DNA of 64,000 nt. Source: an uncultured Gemmatimonadales bacterium. GTDB taxonomy: Bacteria > Gemmatimonadota > Gemmatimonadetes > Gemmatimonadales > GWC2-71-9. Made by a program: the position numbers and the translations under genes. Under the pieces are notes generated by a model, which was not told where the DNA came from, searched no databases, and saw only the letters and a list, made by a program, of their open reading frames with translations. The DNA lies in NCBI GenBank assembly GCA_963846545.1, contig CAWJWG010000001.1, forward strand, positions 2,442,055 through 2,506,054, in the 5' to 3' direction. Positions 19,408 to 29,900 of the stretch are shown piece by piece. Position 1 is the first letter of the stretch, and each line of letters begins with the position of its first letter.

Positions 19408-20664
19408 CTACTCGACGACCGTGGTGGACGACGCGGAGTCGCCGGGAGCCCGGGGCGCACCCGGCGCGACGGTCGCTTCCGGCAGACGATTCCAGCGTTC
19501 CCACCCATTGGGGGCGAGCACGAACCGCGTCGCCGCGTGGCCACCGAGCGTGAGGGTGTCGAGCGTCGCGCGGTACCCCGGCCTCCCGGCGGCGCCGCGG
19601 AGGCCGGCGGCACTGCGCTGGAAGCGCTCCCCCGACCGCGCGTCATCCCACACCACATACCAGACGAGCGCCTCACCACCCGGCGAGCCATACAGCCGGT
19701 AGCGATCGCCGCCCCAGCCGATCGGCAGCACGGTCTGCACCTCGTCCGACCCCGCGAGGGTAGCGAGGATGACGCGGACCTCCGCCTCGCCCAGCACGTC
19801 CTCGTAGAGCACGCCGGAATCCGCCGGGAATGTGAGCGGAACCGGAACGTCACCCTTGCTGTATCGCGCCGGGTGGAGGATCTGCTCGGTGGAGACCGGC
19901 ATGCGCGAGCCATACGGCAGCCCCTCGCGACTCTCGGTCCGCCACCAGTGCATGAACTCCGCCCCCTGGAGATAGGGAAAGATCAGCGCCTCGCGCAGCA
20001 CTAGCGGTGCGCGGCGGAACACCGGCATGGAGGACTGCTGCTGCCGCACCTGCTCGCGGTACAGCTCCCAGAACTGGGGATTCTGGGCGATCCCCTGCCC
20101 CGGGGCGAGCACCTCGAGCGAGGCGAGGGTGGCCTGTCCCTCGAGGATCGCCTGTGCCGCGGCGAGCCGGTCGTTGTTCTCCCGGGCATCGAGGATCGAG
20201 TCGAGCGGGAGGTGCTGCCCCTGGAGCGCGTGGATCAGCTCGTGGGCCAGTACCAGCCGGAGCTGCGTCCGGTCGGCGCCCTCGACCCCGAACAGCATCG
20301 CCGAATCCGGATCGTAGAAGCCCGCGACCTGCTCGGTGTAGAGGTCGAGCAGCAGCGGCCGGAGATGGAGCGTGTCGGAGAGGAGGCCGAAGAGCCGGTA
20401 CGTGGTCTCCAGCCCGCGCAGCCGCGCGGGGGGCAGCTCCTCGTCGAGCTTGGCGAGCAGATAGGCGCGCACCTGCTCGCGGCTCCGCATCGCCGACTTG
20501 GGAGGAGAGGTGAAACGGAGACCAGTGGCCTGCTCCACCGGGGCGCGGAGGCTGTCCACCAGCAGCGCGAGCTCAGCGTCTCCGCTGGCCTGCCGCTCCT
20601 GGCGCGCCTCGCCCCGGCAGGCGGTCAGCATCAGCATCAGCGCGAGCCACGGGGCGCGCCGCAT
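19408..20664 (-). CDS. HExxH-motif lipoprotein (putative zinc metalloprotease-like)
   Basis: ATG 20664 shares one base with the upstream stop. Signal and lipobox MRRAPWLALMLMLTAC. LVLAHELIHALQGQH motif. Confidence 0.6.
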   Translation of the reverse strand: MRRAPWLALMLMLTACRGEARQERQASGDAELALLVDSLRAPVEQATGLRFTSPPKSAMRSREQVRAYLLAKLDEELPPARLRGLETTYRLFGLLSDTLHLRPLLLDLYTEQVAGFYDPDSAMLFGVEGADRTQLRLVLAHELIHALQGQHLPLDSILDARENNDRLAAAQAILEGQATLASLEVLAPGQGIAQNPQFWELYREQVRQQQSSMPVFRRAPLVLREALIFPYLQGAEFMHWWRTESREGLPYGSRMPVSTEQILHPARYSKGDVPVPLTFPADSGVLYEDVLGEAEVRVILATLAGSDEVQTVLPIGWGGDRYRLYGSPGGEALVWYVVWDDARSGERFQRSAAGLRGAAGRPGYRATLDTLTLGGHAATRFVLAPNGWERWNRLPEATVAPGAPRAPGDSASSTTVVE

Positions 20665-21863
20665 CAGAGACCCAGCCCCGGTGCGATCTCGACGAAGACC
20701 TCCCGCACCCGCTCGAGTCCGCCGCTGAACGCGAGCACCACGGCCGCGATGCTGAGGCCCACGCCGAACGGCAGGTAGCCTTGCGCGCTCAGCTCGCCGG
20801 TGGTCTCGGGTGACGCCGTGACCGGGCGTCCCCTGGCCAGGGCCCACGCCCCGACCCCGACCCCGAGTCCGGCCAACGCGCCGACCCAATGCCTCGAGCC
20901 GACCGCGATCCCCACCGCGGCGCCGATCAGCCCCCAGACCTGCGTCACCGGACCGCCGAGGACGCGCTTGGGCAGCAGAAACGACACATAGTACGCCGCC
21001 CCCGCGCCGACGATGCCGTGGTACATCGCGCGCAGGACGCCGCCGATCACGCCGGTCCACGCGGCGAAGCCCATGAGGCCCGCGAGGACGAGCCCACCGG
21101 CCAGGAGCACGAAGACCTTCCCCCAGCGCACCCCGGAGTCCGCCGGCGCGTCCGTGGCCGCCGTAGGTGAAGGCTCCGGCCGCCGGATCAGCGACGGCAG
21201 GTGGAGCACGATGCCGATGAAGGCGCCGAGGGCCATGACCGGCCAGATCGACTCCCACCCGAAGAAGGCGCCGACCATGCCCATGAGCGCGCAGTCGCCG
21301 CCGCCCATCGCTTCCTGGCCCAGGACCAGCTCGGTGATCTCGCCGACGAGGAGCACGAGGCCTGCGCCGAACAGCGCGCCCCGCACCGCATCGAGCACGG
21401 CCGCCGGCTCGGGCCACAGTGCGAAGACGAGGGCGATGGCCGTGCCGCCGAGTGAGAACTCGTGCGGGATGATGAAGGCGCGCGCGTCGCTCACGGCGAT
21501 GCCCAGCAAGAGCGTGGAGGCGACGGCCAGCTCGAGCGCGGGCAGACCCAGCCCGAACAGCGCGACCGATCCGCCCCAGAATAGCGCCGTCGTAGCCTCG
21601 ATGGCGGGATACATGGGCGAGATCCTGGCGCCGCAGCCAGAGCACTTCCCCCGAAGCGTCAGCCAGCTGACGATCGGAATGTTCTCGTACCAGCGAATGG
21701 CGTGGCCGCAGGTCGGACAGCGGGAGGGCGGGAACATCACCGACTGCTTCGGCTCGGCGCCCCACCGGAGAATGCAGACGTTGAGGAAGCTGCCGAAGGC
21801 GGCGCCCACCAGCGCGAAGTACGTGATGACCAGCGCCGGCGGAAAGTACGAATCAATCGACAC
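20664..21863 (-). CDS. pilD: prepilin (type IV leader) peptidase, A24 family, with an inserted membrane module
   Basis: GTG 21863. N-terminal CPTCGH...CSGCG zinc knuckle, IPIVSWL, catalytic-region GGGDCALMGMVGAFFG, terminal LPFGVGL. Confidence 0.85.
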   Translation of the reverse strand: MSIDSYFPPALVITYFALVGAAFGSFLNVCILRWGAEPKQSVMFPPSRCPTCGHAIRWYENIPIVSWLTLRGKCSGCGARISPMYPAIEATTALFWGGSVALFGLGLPALELAVASTLLLGIAVSDARAFIIPHEFSLGGTAIALVFALWPEPAAVLDAVRGALFGAGLVLLVGEITELVLGQEAMGGGDCALMGMVGAFFGWESIWPVMALGAFIGIVLHLPSLIRRPEPSPTAATDAPADSGVRWGKVFVLLAGGLVLAGLMGFAAWTGVIGGVLRAMYHGIVGAGAAYYVSFLLPKRVLGGPVTQVWGLIGAAVGIAVGSRHWVGALAGLGVGVGAWALARGRPVTASPETTGELSAQGYLPFGVGLSIAAVVLAFSGGLERVREVFVEIAPGLGL

Positions 21864-22632
21864 GCGCGACCTCGTGCAGCAGGAGAGCGGCGGCAACCGC
21901 CACATTGAGCGACTCGGCGCCGCGGGCGAGCCGGATCGCCACGCGCCGGCTCGCGCCGGCGTCGAGGGCCGCGCTCACACCGGCGCCCTCGTTGCCCACC
22001 GCGAGACCGACGAGTCCACGATGGCCCCGGAGCGAGCCCGGCTGGATCTGCTCGCCATCCGCGGCGGCGACCCAGGTCTCCACTCCGCGCGCCTTGGCCC
22101 ACGCGAGATACGCGGCCACGTCGCTCGACGCCGAGGGCAGGCGGAAGAGTGCGCCCATGCTGCCGCGGACCACCTTGGAGTTGGTGAGATCGGCCGTTCC
22201 CTTGAGCGCGATCACGCCTGAGGCGCCCAGGCCGAAGGCCGTCCGCAGCAGGGTGCCGACGTTGCCCGGGTCCTGCACGCCGTCGAGCACCAGCACCGGC
22301 GAGCCCGGCGCCGGCGCGATGTCGTCGAGCGACCAGTCGCGGGGTTCGACCACGGCGACCACGCCCTGCGGATGCTCGGTGTCGGCCAGTCCCTCGAGTT
22401 CGCCGTCGCTCATGGCTTCGATCCGCACCCCCTGCCGCTCCAGCGCGCTCTTGAGCGCCTTTCCCCTGGGAGTACCTTCCAGCGCCGGCGAGATCGCCGC
22501 GCCGCGCAGCGGAACGCCGGCCCCGAGCGCCTCCTCGACCAGCCGCACGCCTTCGGCCAGCGCGAGGCCGCGGCGCTCGCGGCCTCGGCGACGCTGGAGG
22601 TCGCGGATCATCGTCTGGAGGGAGCTGCCCAT
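21853..22632 (-). CDS. TrmH/SpoU-family RNA 2'-O-methyltransferase
   Basis: Start MGSSLQTMIRD at 22632. Motifs LDGVQDPGNVGTLLRTA, LAVGNEGAGVS, IRLARGAESLNVAVAAAL. Confidence 0.85.
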   Translation of the reverse strand: MGSSLQTMIRDLQRRRGRERRGLALAEGVRLVEEALGAGVPLRGAAISPALEGTPRGKALKSALERQGVRIEAMSDGELEGLADTEHPQGVVAVVEPRDWSLDDIAPAPGSPVLVLDGVQDPGNVGTLLRTAFGLGASGVIALKGTADLTNSKVVRGSMGALFRLPSASSDVAAYLAWAKARGVETWVAAADGEQIQPGSLRGHRGLVGLAVGNEGAGVSAALDAGASRRVAIRLARGAESLNVAVAAALLLHEVARVD

Positions 22633-22647
22633 GCACACACTCGTGCG

Positions 22648-23442
22648 ATGAAGATCGCGCTCACCATCGCCGGGTCGGACTCCGGCGGCGGGGCCGGCAT
22701 TCAGGCCGACCTGAAGACGTTCCAGCAATTCGGGGTGTTCGGCACCTCGGTCATCGTGGCACTCACCGCGCAGAATACGCGCGGGGTGTCCGCGGTGGAG
22801 ACGGTCTCCGAGGCCATGGTCGCGGCCCAGCTCGCGGCGCTCGCCGAGGACCTGCCGCCCGCCGCGCTCAAGACCGGCATGCTGGCGGACGCGGCGCTCG
22901 TCCGGCTCGTCGGGAAGACGATCCGCGATGCGGGCTGGGCGCCGCTGGTAGTGGACCCGGTGATGGTGTCCACCTCGGGTCATCGGCTCCTCAGCCCCGA
23001 GGCGGAGGACGTGGTACGGGAGAGCCTCCTCCCGCTCGCCGCTCTCGTGACCCCCAACCTCGACGAGGCGGCCATTCTCACCGGACGCGCCGTCCACGAC
23101 GAGGCCTCGATGGCCCGCGCCGGCGAGACGCTGCTCGATTACGGCGTCGGTGCGGCACTGGTGAAGGGCGGTCACCTGGCCGGCGACGAGATCGTCGACC
23201 TGCTGGTGACGCGCCAGGGCACGCGCGACTTCCGCCGGGCGCGCATCGGCATCGGCTCGCGTCACGGGACCGGTTGCACGCTCTCCGCTGCGGTCACCGC
23301 CGGGCTCGCCCTCGGGCACGACCTGGAGACCGCGGTGTCCGACGCGCTCGACTACGTGCATCGTGCGATCGTCGCCGCGCCCGGGATCGGTTCCGGCTAC
23401 GGCCCGCTCGATCACACCGTCTCGGCGCACGTGTCACGCTGA
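22648..23442 (+). CDS. thiD: hydroxymethylpyrimidine/phosphomethylpyrimidine kinase
   Basis: MKIALTIAGSDSGGGAGIQADLKTFQ..., ALKTGML, VVDPVMVSTSG, GTGCTLSAAVTA. Confidence 0.9.
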   Translation: MKIALTIAGSDSGGGAGIQADLKTFQQFGVFGTSVIVALTAQNTRGVSAVETVSEAMVAAQLAALAEDLPPAALKTGMLADAALVRLVGKTIRDAGWAPLVVDPVMVSTSGHRLLSPEAEDVVRESLLPLAALVTPNLDEAAILTGRAVHDEASMARAGETLLDYGVGAALVKGGHLAGDEIVDLLVTRQGTRDFRRARIGIGSRHGTGCTLSAAVTAGLALGHDLETAVSDALDYVHRAIVAAPGIGSGYGPLDHTVSAHVSR

Positions 23443-23474
23443 TCCCGTGCCCACGCACATGTCACAAACGCACG

Positions 23475-24305
23475 CTACAACCCGCCCACGACGCCCGTCA
23501 CCAGACTCTCGAGATCCCCCGCCACCCGCCCCGCCACCTCCATGACCTCCGAGTGATCCAGACGCTCCAGCGTCGTCCCCGCCGCCGGGTTCGTGATCGT
23601 CGAGAACGCCAGACACCGCATCCCCCTCGCCCGTGCGACCACCACTTCGACCGCGGTGGACATGCCGATCGCGTCGGCGCCCAGCCGCTCGGCCATGCGG
23701 ATCTCGGCAGGCGTCTCGTAGCTCGGACCGAGCACCTGAATGTAGACGCCCTCCTCCAGCGCGATGTGCCGGCTCCGCGCCACCTCGCGCGCGCGTGCGC
23801 GCAACTCGTGGTCGTACGGCTCGGACATGTCGGGGAAACGCTGCTCGCCTGGGAGCAGCGCGCCGATGAGGGGGTTCCGAAAGGTGAGGTTCACGTGATC
23901 CGCGATCAGCATCAGCGCGCCGCGCCCGAAGGAGCGGCGGATGCCCCCCGCCGCGTTGGTGAGGATAAGCGTTCGGACGCCGAGCTCCGCCATCGCTCGC
24001 ACCGGCAACGCCACGGTATCCGCCGAGTGGCCCTCGTAGAGGTGGAAGCGGCCGCTCTGTACCAGGAGAGGCCTGCCGCCCAGCGTGCCCGCCACCAGCT
24101 CGCCGTGATGCCCGACGACCGTGGTCTGCGGGAACCCGGCGATCTCGGCGTAGGGGATCCGCTGGGCGTCCTCGAGCCGGCCGGCCAGGCGCCCGAGCCC
24201 GCTGCCCAGGACGATGGCGACCTCGGGAACGATGCCCACCCGATCCCGGATGGACCGCGCGGTCGCCTGGACTCGCGCGGCCGCCTCGGACCCGGCGACG
24301 GTCAC
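23475..24305 (-). CDS. purine nucleoside phosphorylase (trimeric PNP family)
   Basis: GTG 24305 overlaps the upstream stop (GTGA). VAIVLGSGLG, GRFHLYEG, LTNAAGG, GPSYETPAE, GADAIGMST. Confidence 0.9.
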   Translation of the reverse strand: MTVAGSEAAARVQATARSIRDRVGIVPEVAIVLGSGLGRLAGRLEDAQRIPYAEIAGFPQTTVVGHHGELVAGTLGGRPLLVQSGRFHLYEGHSADTVALPVRAMAELGVRTLILTNAAGGIRRSFGRGALMLIADHVNLTFRNPLIGALLPGEQRFPDMSEPYDHELRARAREVARSRHIALEEGVYIQVLGPSYETPAEIRMAERLGADAIGMSTAVEVVVARARGMRCLAFSTITNPAAGTTLERLDHSEVMEVAGRVAGDLESLVTGVVGGL

Positions 24306-25717
24306 AGGAGCATGCCCGCGATGGTGGCGGAGAGGAAATTGGCCAGCGTTCCCGCGATCATGGCGCGGAAGCCGAGTCGGGCCAAGTCGTGCTTCCGCTC
24401 CGGCGCGAGCGCGCCGATGCCGCCGAGCTGGATGCCGACCGAGCTGAAGTTGGCGAAGCCCGCCAGCGCGAACGAGGCGATCGTGAAGGAGCGCGGATCG
24501 AGCGTCTCCCGCATGGGTCCCAGCTGGGCAAAGGCGATGAACTCGTTCAGTACCATCCGGGTGCCGAGGAGGCTGCCGATCGTCCCGCTGTCGTGCCACG
24601 GCACGCCCATCACGAACGCCACCGGCCGGAAGATCCAGCCGAGCACGGTCTGCAGGTTGGCCGGGAACCATGGCAGCCAGCCGTGCACCACCCCGAAGCC
24701 TCCGTTCACCAGGGCGACCAGCGCGATGAATGAGACCAGCATCGCGATCACGTTGAGCATGAGGTGGAGACCCTCGCTCGTCCCCCGCGCCGCGGCGTCC
24801 ACCACGTTCACGTCGGTCTTGGGGATCGCGAGCCGGACGTTGCCGTAGGTCTCCGGCGTCTCGGTCTCCGGCTCGAACAGCTTCGACATCAGGATGGTCC
24901 CCGGCGCGGTCATGATGACCGCGGTGAGCAGGTGCCGGGCCTCGATGCCGAAGGCGATGTACGCCACCATGATGGAGCCGGAGATGTGGGCCATGCCCGA
25001 GGTCATGACGGTCATCAGCTCCGACTGCGTCATACGGGGGAGAAACGGACGGATGGTGAGGGGTGCCTCGGTCTGCCCCATGAAGATCGAGGCGGCCACG
25101 TTGAGGCTCTCCGCGCCGCTGGCTCCCATGATCCGGCTCATCACCAGCGCGAATGCGCGCACGATCACCTGCATGATGCCCAGGTAGTACATGATGGCGA
25201 ACAGCGCGGACACGTAGATGATGGCCGGCAGGATCTGAAACGCGAAGACGACCCCCAGGCTCGAGTTCGGCTTTCCCAGCTCGCCGAACACGAATGAAGA
25301 GCCCTCGTAGGAGAAATTCAGCAGTGTGGTCACGAAGTTGCCCAGGCCGCGGAAGAGCGCCTGCCCGGCCGGCACCCGGAGCACGAAGATCGCGAAGGCC
25401 ACCTGCAACGCCAGGCCCCAGCCGATCACCGACCAGCGGATCTGCCGGCGGTTCCGCGAGAAGGCGAAGCCGATCCCGATGATGGCCGCCAGTCCGATGA
25501 GACCGATGAGCCGCTGCCCCAGCGTGGTGACACGCGGAGCGGGGGGAACGACCGCAGCGGTGGGGGCGTCCTGGATGATGGAATCAGCCTGCGGTGGGGC
25601 GGGTGTCTGGGCCACCGCCGCGTTCACGGCACGGCCGACCAGCCCCGGCACCAGCCACGAGCCCGCGACCGCGAGCGCGCACAAGGCGAGTGCGAGCAGC
25701 GTCTTCGACGCCCTCAT
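24302..25717 (-). CDS. nupC: concentrative nucleoside transporter (NupC/CNT family) with N-terminal extension
   Basis: ATG 25717 (ATGA overlap with add). Polytopic. FSRNRRQIRW, GSSFVFG, GMAHISGS and FANFSS-type segments are typical of the CNT family. Confidence 0.8.
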   Translation of the reverse strand: MRASKTLLALALCALAVAGSWLVPGLVGRAVNAAVAQTPAPPQADSIIQDAPTAAVVPPAPRVTTLGQRLIGLIGLAAIIGIGFAFSRNRRQIRWSVIGWGLALQVAFAIFVLRVPAGQALFRGLGNFVTTLLNFSYEGSSFVFGELGKPNSSLGVVFAFQILPAIIYVSALFAIMYYLGIMQVIVRAFALVMSRIMGASGAESLNVAASIFMGQTEAPLTIRPFLPRMTQSELMTVMTSGMAHISGSIMVAYIAFGIEARHLLTAVIMTAPGTILMSKLFEPETETPETYGNVRLAIPKTDVNVVDAAARGTSEGLHLMLNVIAMLVSFIALVALVNGGFGVVHGWLPWFPANLQTVLGWIFRPVAFVMGVPWHDSGTIGSLLGTRMVLNEFIAFAQLGPMRETLDPRSFTIASFALAGFANFSSVGIQLGGIGALAPERKHDLARLGFRAMIAGTLANFLSATIAGMLL

Positions 25718-26739
25718 GTGATCGCCTCCAGCTCGCCGCGCACCCGATCGGTCAGCGCCCGTCGCTCGGGCCACGCGAGAAACGATCCTTCGAAGCCCGT
25801 GATGATCATCTGATCGATCTCCTCGCGGGTGAACCCGAGCGCGGTGTGCGCCAGCCAGTATTCGTCGCTGAGGGTGACGCCGCACATGAGCCAGCCATCG
25901 GTGCAGAGCGTCACGGCGACGCCCTCGTCGAAGTAGCTGCGGACGGGATGGGCCGAGGCGTCGCGGACGGCGTGGGTCTGCACGTTGCTGCTGATGTTGA
26001 TCTCGATGAGGGTACGGCGGTCGCGCACGTAGGCGAGGAGCGTCGGATCCTCGTAGAGTCGCGTGCCGTGGCCGATCCGGTCGGCGTGGCAGCGGTCGAG
26101 GGCGTCGGCGATGGACGGCGCGCCCGCGGCCTCGCCGGCATGCACCGTGATCCCCAGTCGGCCCTCGGCGGCGAGGTCGAACGCCGCGCGATGCGCTCCG
26201 GCCGGTCTCCCCGCCTCGCCGCCGGCCAGATCGAAGGCCACCACCCCGCGATCGCGATAGGCCACCGAGAGTCGGGCGATCTCAAGCGACACCCCGGGAT
26301 CGTAGTGGCGGAGGGAGCAGTTGATCACTCGCGCCACCACGCCGAAGTCGCGCTCCCCCCGGGCGAGCCCCCTCAACTCCGCCTCGAGCGCCCGCTCCAT
26401 CGAAAGCCCGCGATGGCGGCTGAGCCAGGGGCAGTAGCGGACCTCCAGGTACCAAACGTTGTCACGCGCGGCATCCTCCACCATCTCGTACGAGACGCGC
26501 TCGATCGCTTCCTCGGTCTGCAGCAACGGAATGGTGTAGTCGAACCGCTGGAGGTAGTCCTCGAGGTTCGACCCGTCGTCCACTCGCATGAACCGGCGGA
26601 GCTCGACCGGGTCCGTCGTGGGGAGGGTGAAGCCGGCCGCGCGCGACAGCTCGATCATGGTCTCCGGCCGGAGCGCCGCGTCGAGGTGGGTGTGCAGCTC
26701 GGCCTTGGGGAGGCGCGTCAGCAGCTCACGCGTCAGCAT
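25714..26739 (-). CDS. add: adenosine deaminase
   Basis: LPKAELHTHLD, VVAFDLAGGE, ITVHAGE, RIGHG, TLCTDG. Confidence 0.9.
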   Translation of the reverse strand: MLTRELLTRLPKAELHTHLDAALRPETMIELSRAAGFTLPTTDPVELRRFMRVDDGSNLEDYLQRFDYTIPLLQTEEAIERVSYEMVEDAARDNVWYLEVRYCPWLSRHRGLSMERALEAELRGLARGERDFGVVARVINCSLRHYDPGVSLEIARLSVAYRDRGVVAFDLAGGEAGRPAGAHRAAFDLAAEGRLGITVHAGEAAGAPSIADALDRCHADRIGHGTRLYEDPTLLAYVRDRRTLIEINISSNVQTHAVRDASAHPVRSYFDEGVAVTLCTDGWLMCGVTLSDEYWLAHTALGFTREEIDQMIITGFEGSFLAWPERRALTDRVRGELEAIT

Positions 26740-26962
26740 GGGGCTCCCCGCCGGCCGCCCGCCGCGCGCGTACGACGACGCGAAGGATCGACCCCTCGGC
26801 CAGCACGCTCTCGAGCGGCAGCTCGAGGCCGCGCGCGTCGGTCACGAACGCCCCACCCGCGGCAAGCCGTTGTTCCAGCGAGGCATCGTGCGCCCGCACC
26901 GCGGCGCGCACGTCGGACCCCGCTCCGATGTCGACTGCCACGGCATTCACGAAGACTCGCAT
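26726..26962 (-). CDS. small hypothetical protein (78 aa)
   Basis: ATG sits 8 nt after the 5'-nucleotidase stop, and the 3' end overlaps the add start by 14 nt. High GC3. No recognisable motif. Confidence 0.45.
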   Translation of the reverse strand: MRVFVNAVAVDIGAGSDVRAAVRAHDASLEQRLAAGGAFVTDARGLELPLESVLAEGSILRVVVRARRAAGGEPHADA

Positions 26963-26970
26963 CGGTGAGC

Positions 26971-29900
26971 TCAGCGCCGAGTGGACTGAAACGCCGAGGA
27001 GGCCTCGACCTCGACCGGCTGGGGGAGGCGCCGAAGGTAGGTCGCCACCGCCTGAACGTCCAGCAGCCCGACCCGCTCGGTGGGACGGCCGACCAGCATG
27101 CGGTAGCCACCGGCGCCCGCGGCGGTCGAGTCGTCGGTGGCGACGGTGTAACTGTCGCGCGGGCGCAGCTTGCCGCCCGTACCGAGCATGACCTCCTTGA
27201 TCCGTTGGCCCGCCGGAGCGCGGGGATCGTACCGGACGCGCACTCCCGCGAGGTGCGCGTTCGGGCCGGCACCCGATTCGACCGCCTGCTCGAGCAGGCT
27301 CTGGACCTGCACTCCGGTGAGGGTGAGCCTGACGAGATCGGAGCCGTCAGGCTCGACCGCACGGAGCCTCGCGAGCGTCACCGGGCCGGCTGGGAGGTCC
27401 GCCCGCAGCGAAGCGTTTCTGACGAGGCCGAGGTCGGCCCGCGCGAGGTTGCGCCTGGCCTCGGCGACGATTCCTCCGAGCGTGTGCTGCGCGCCGTCGC
27501 GGGTGAGCGGCCGCTTGAGCTGGGCCTGGGTCCGGCGCGCGAGGCTGTCGCTCCGGCGCGCGAAGGTGTCGAGCGCCGCGGCGAGCGGCGTGCCCGGCGC
27601 CGCGGCGCCCGCACCGACCTCCGCGAGGCGCGCGCGGACTTCAAACCCGCCTCCCGTCGTCTTCACCAGGTCGGCCACCGCGAGCGAACGGGCACCGGCG
27701 CCGCTCACGACGGAGATCCCTCCGATCCGGGTGTCCATCGCCTGGCCACCTTTCCCGCCCACGACCAGATCCACCCCGGAGCCTCGCAGCTCCTCCGCGA
27801 GCCGCGCCAGCTCGCCGCCCTCCGCGTGCGCGAGCACGACGGTCAGCGCGGGCTTGGCCCGTCGGACCTCGCCGAGCGCATCGTGTAGACCGAGCTCGCC
27901 GGCGCCGAATCGGAGCCCGCGGGTCCGCTCCGCGGCCTGGCTGGTCTTGGTGTCCGGAGTGACGTAGCCGACCACGGCCACTCGGCCGCCGCCGACCTCG
28001 ACCATCCGGTACGGGACCACCCACGACGGGCGCGCGCCCGTGGCGCTGTCGAACACGTTGGCCGCGAGCCAGGGGAAGGATGATTCACCTGAGCGCGTGC
28101 GCAGGGTGTCCACCGAGCGGTCGAAGTCCCGCTCGGCGATCGCCGAAGCCGCGAAGCCCATCCGATTCAGCACCGGCACGGCGGCGCGTCCGTCGGCCGC
28201 GCCGCCACCGTCGATGCGCATGGTCGGGCAGCCACAGTCCGCGCCCAGGCTGTCCATCGTCCGGGTCAGCGCGCCGGCCGACGCGCCCAGCAGGCCGTGC
28301 AGCCCCGCGGTGCCCAGCACACGCAGGACCACGGTATCGCGGGGCGATGCGGGGAGCGGTGGCGGCGCGATGTCGTAGATCTCGCGCACAGCCACGGCGG
28401 AGACTTCCGGCACGATCCGCCACTCCGACGGGGCAATGGCGGCGGGATCCGGGGGCCGGCGGCGGATCTCGTCTTCCAGCAGCTCCGGGATGGACTCGCC
28501 CGTGTCCGAGACCACCGGCGCTCCCGCGATCATGCCGTAGCCGCCGGAGCCCACCTGCCGATGGCTGTTGATCGCAAGCGTGTACGTGTGCTGCGGCTCG
28601 ACCGGCCGGCCGCCGACCGACAGGCTGGTGATCCGGCTCCCGACCGGCTGACGGAGATCGATGTCGTAGCGGGCGCCGCGCACGATGTCGAAGTCGTATC
28701 CTGCCATGGCCTCGTTCAGCGACACCCGGCCGGCGGGGTCCACGCGGAAGTATTCGGCGCTGTGCTCCAGATAGGCTCGGAGCTGCTCACCGGTGACGCG
28801 AATGGTGCGGAGCGTGTTCTCGAACGGGTACAGCCGGCGGATGTCTCGCCGACGAATGGTGTCCGCCGGCAGGCCCGCGTGGAGATCGAAGACCGGTCCC
28901 GCGGAGAGCTGGGCTCCCCCGCGGCGGCGGAACGTCTCGAGCATCCAGTCGAGTAAGGGAGTCGGCCCTGCCCGCGCCGCCGACGCGGGCATCGCCGCGA
29001 CGCCGTTCCCGACGGGCGCCCTGAGCCAGGCGCGCACCGAGTCGTGCGCGGGCCGCAGCCGTTGCTCCAACAGCGCGGAGGGCGGCACGTCTCGCGTGGT
29101 CACGAGGTCGCTGCGGATTCGCTTGACGGCCCACGCGCCGTCCTCGGGGCGCGCCAGATCCACGTGCACCACCACGACCCCAGCCGCGTAGGGTCGTGGC
29201 TGCACGAAGTGGACACCGCCTATCACCGAATCGCGGATCTCGCCGTGCGAGTGCCCCACGATCACCACGTCCGGCCGGGCGCGGAGGGTCGCGAAGCTGC
29301 CGGCCGCGTGCTCCGCCCCGACGCCGGTCGTGTCGTAGGTCGAGCCGCCGGCGATGCCGCTGTGGGACAAGGCGACCACGAGTTCCGATGTTCGTCGCAT
29401 GGCATCGAATGTCGCGCGCGCCGACGCTTCGATGCGCCCCACACGAAGCCGGCCCCGGAGCCGCTCGCGGTCCCACACCATCGCGCCGGGTGTGGTGAAG
29501 CCGGTGACCGCCACACGCACCGGTCCTCGGCGCAGCACGCGGTACGGCCGCACCAGCAGACTGTCCCGGACGACGAGGAAGATGTTCGCGCTGACATAGG
29601 GGAAGGCGGCGTCGGTCAGGGCGCGCTCGAGCTCCGGCACCCCCCAGTCGAAGTCGTGATTGCCGGGGGTGACCACGTCGTAACCGACGAGGTTCATCGC
29701 GTCGATGATCGGGTTCGATCCATCTCGATCCGGCCGCGCGGCGTAGGACGCGAACGGATTGCCCTGCAGCAGGTCGCCCGCATCGAGCACCACGACCTGC
29801 CCCGGATATCGCCGCCGGAGTGAATCCACCACCGTGGCGACCCGGGTCAGCCCTCCGGGCGCCTCACGGTCGGCGAGGTAGTCCCACGCCGTGGCACGGC

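Noticed and set aside
22500-22647. TPP riboswitch in front of thiD.
   Set aside because: Only 15 nt separate thiD from the divergent methyltransferase start, and no CTGAGA / ACCTGATC-type core is present.
20665-25885. Long N-terminal extensions in the ORF track for the HExxH lipoprotein (to 21765), the TrmH methyltransferase (to 23430), the PNP (to 24671) and the nucleoside transporter (to 25885). The same occurs for htrA (from 49381), the M49-like gene (from 51852), nosD (from 4917), nosF (from 6218), modB (from 55343) and pstB2 (from 39303).
   Set aside because: The extensions overlap the upstream gene in another frame and have junk composition. Internal starts coincide with overlapping stop/start junctions, signal peptides or conserved N-termini.
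26726-26962. Small ORF as a ThiS/MoaD-type sulfur carrier.
   Set aside because: It lacks the C-terminal Gly-Gly, and no activating enzyme is nearby. It is kept only as a hypothetical protein.
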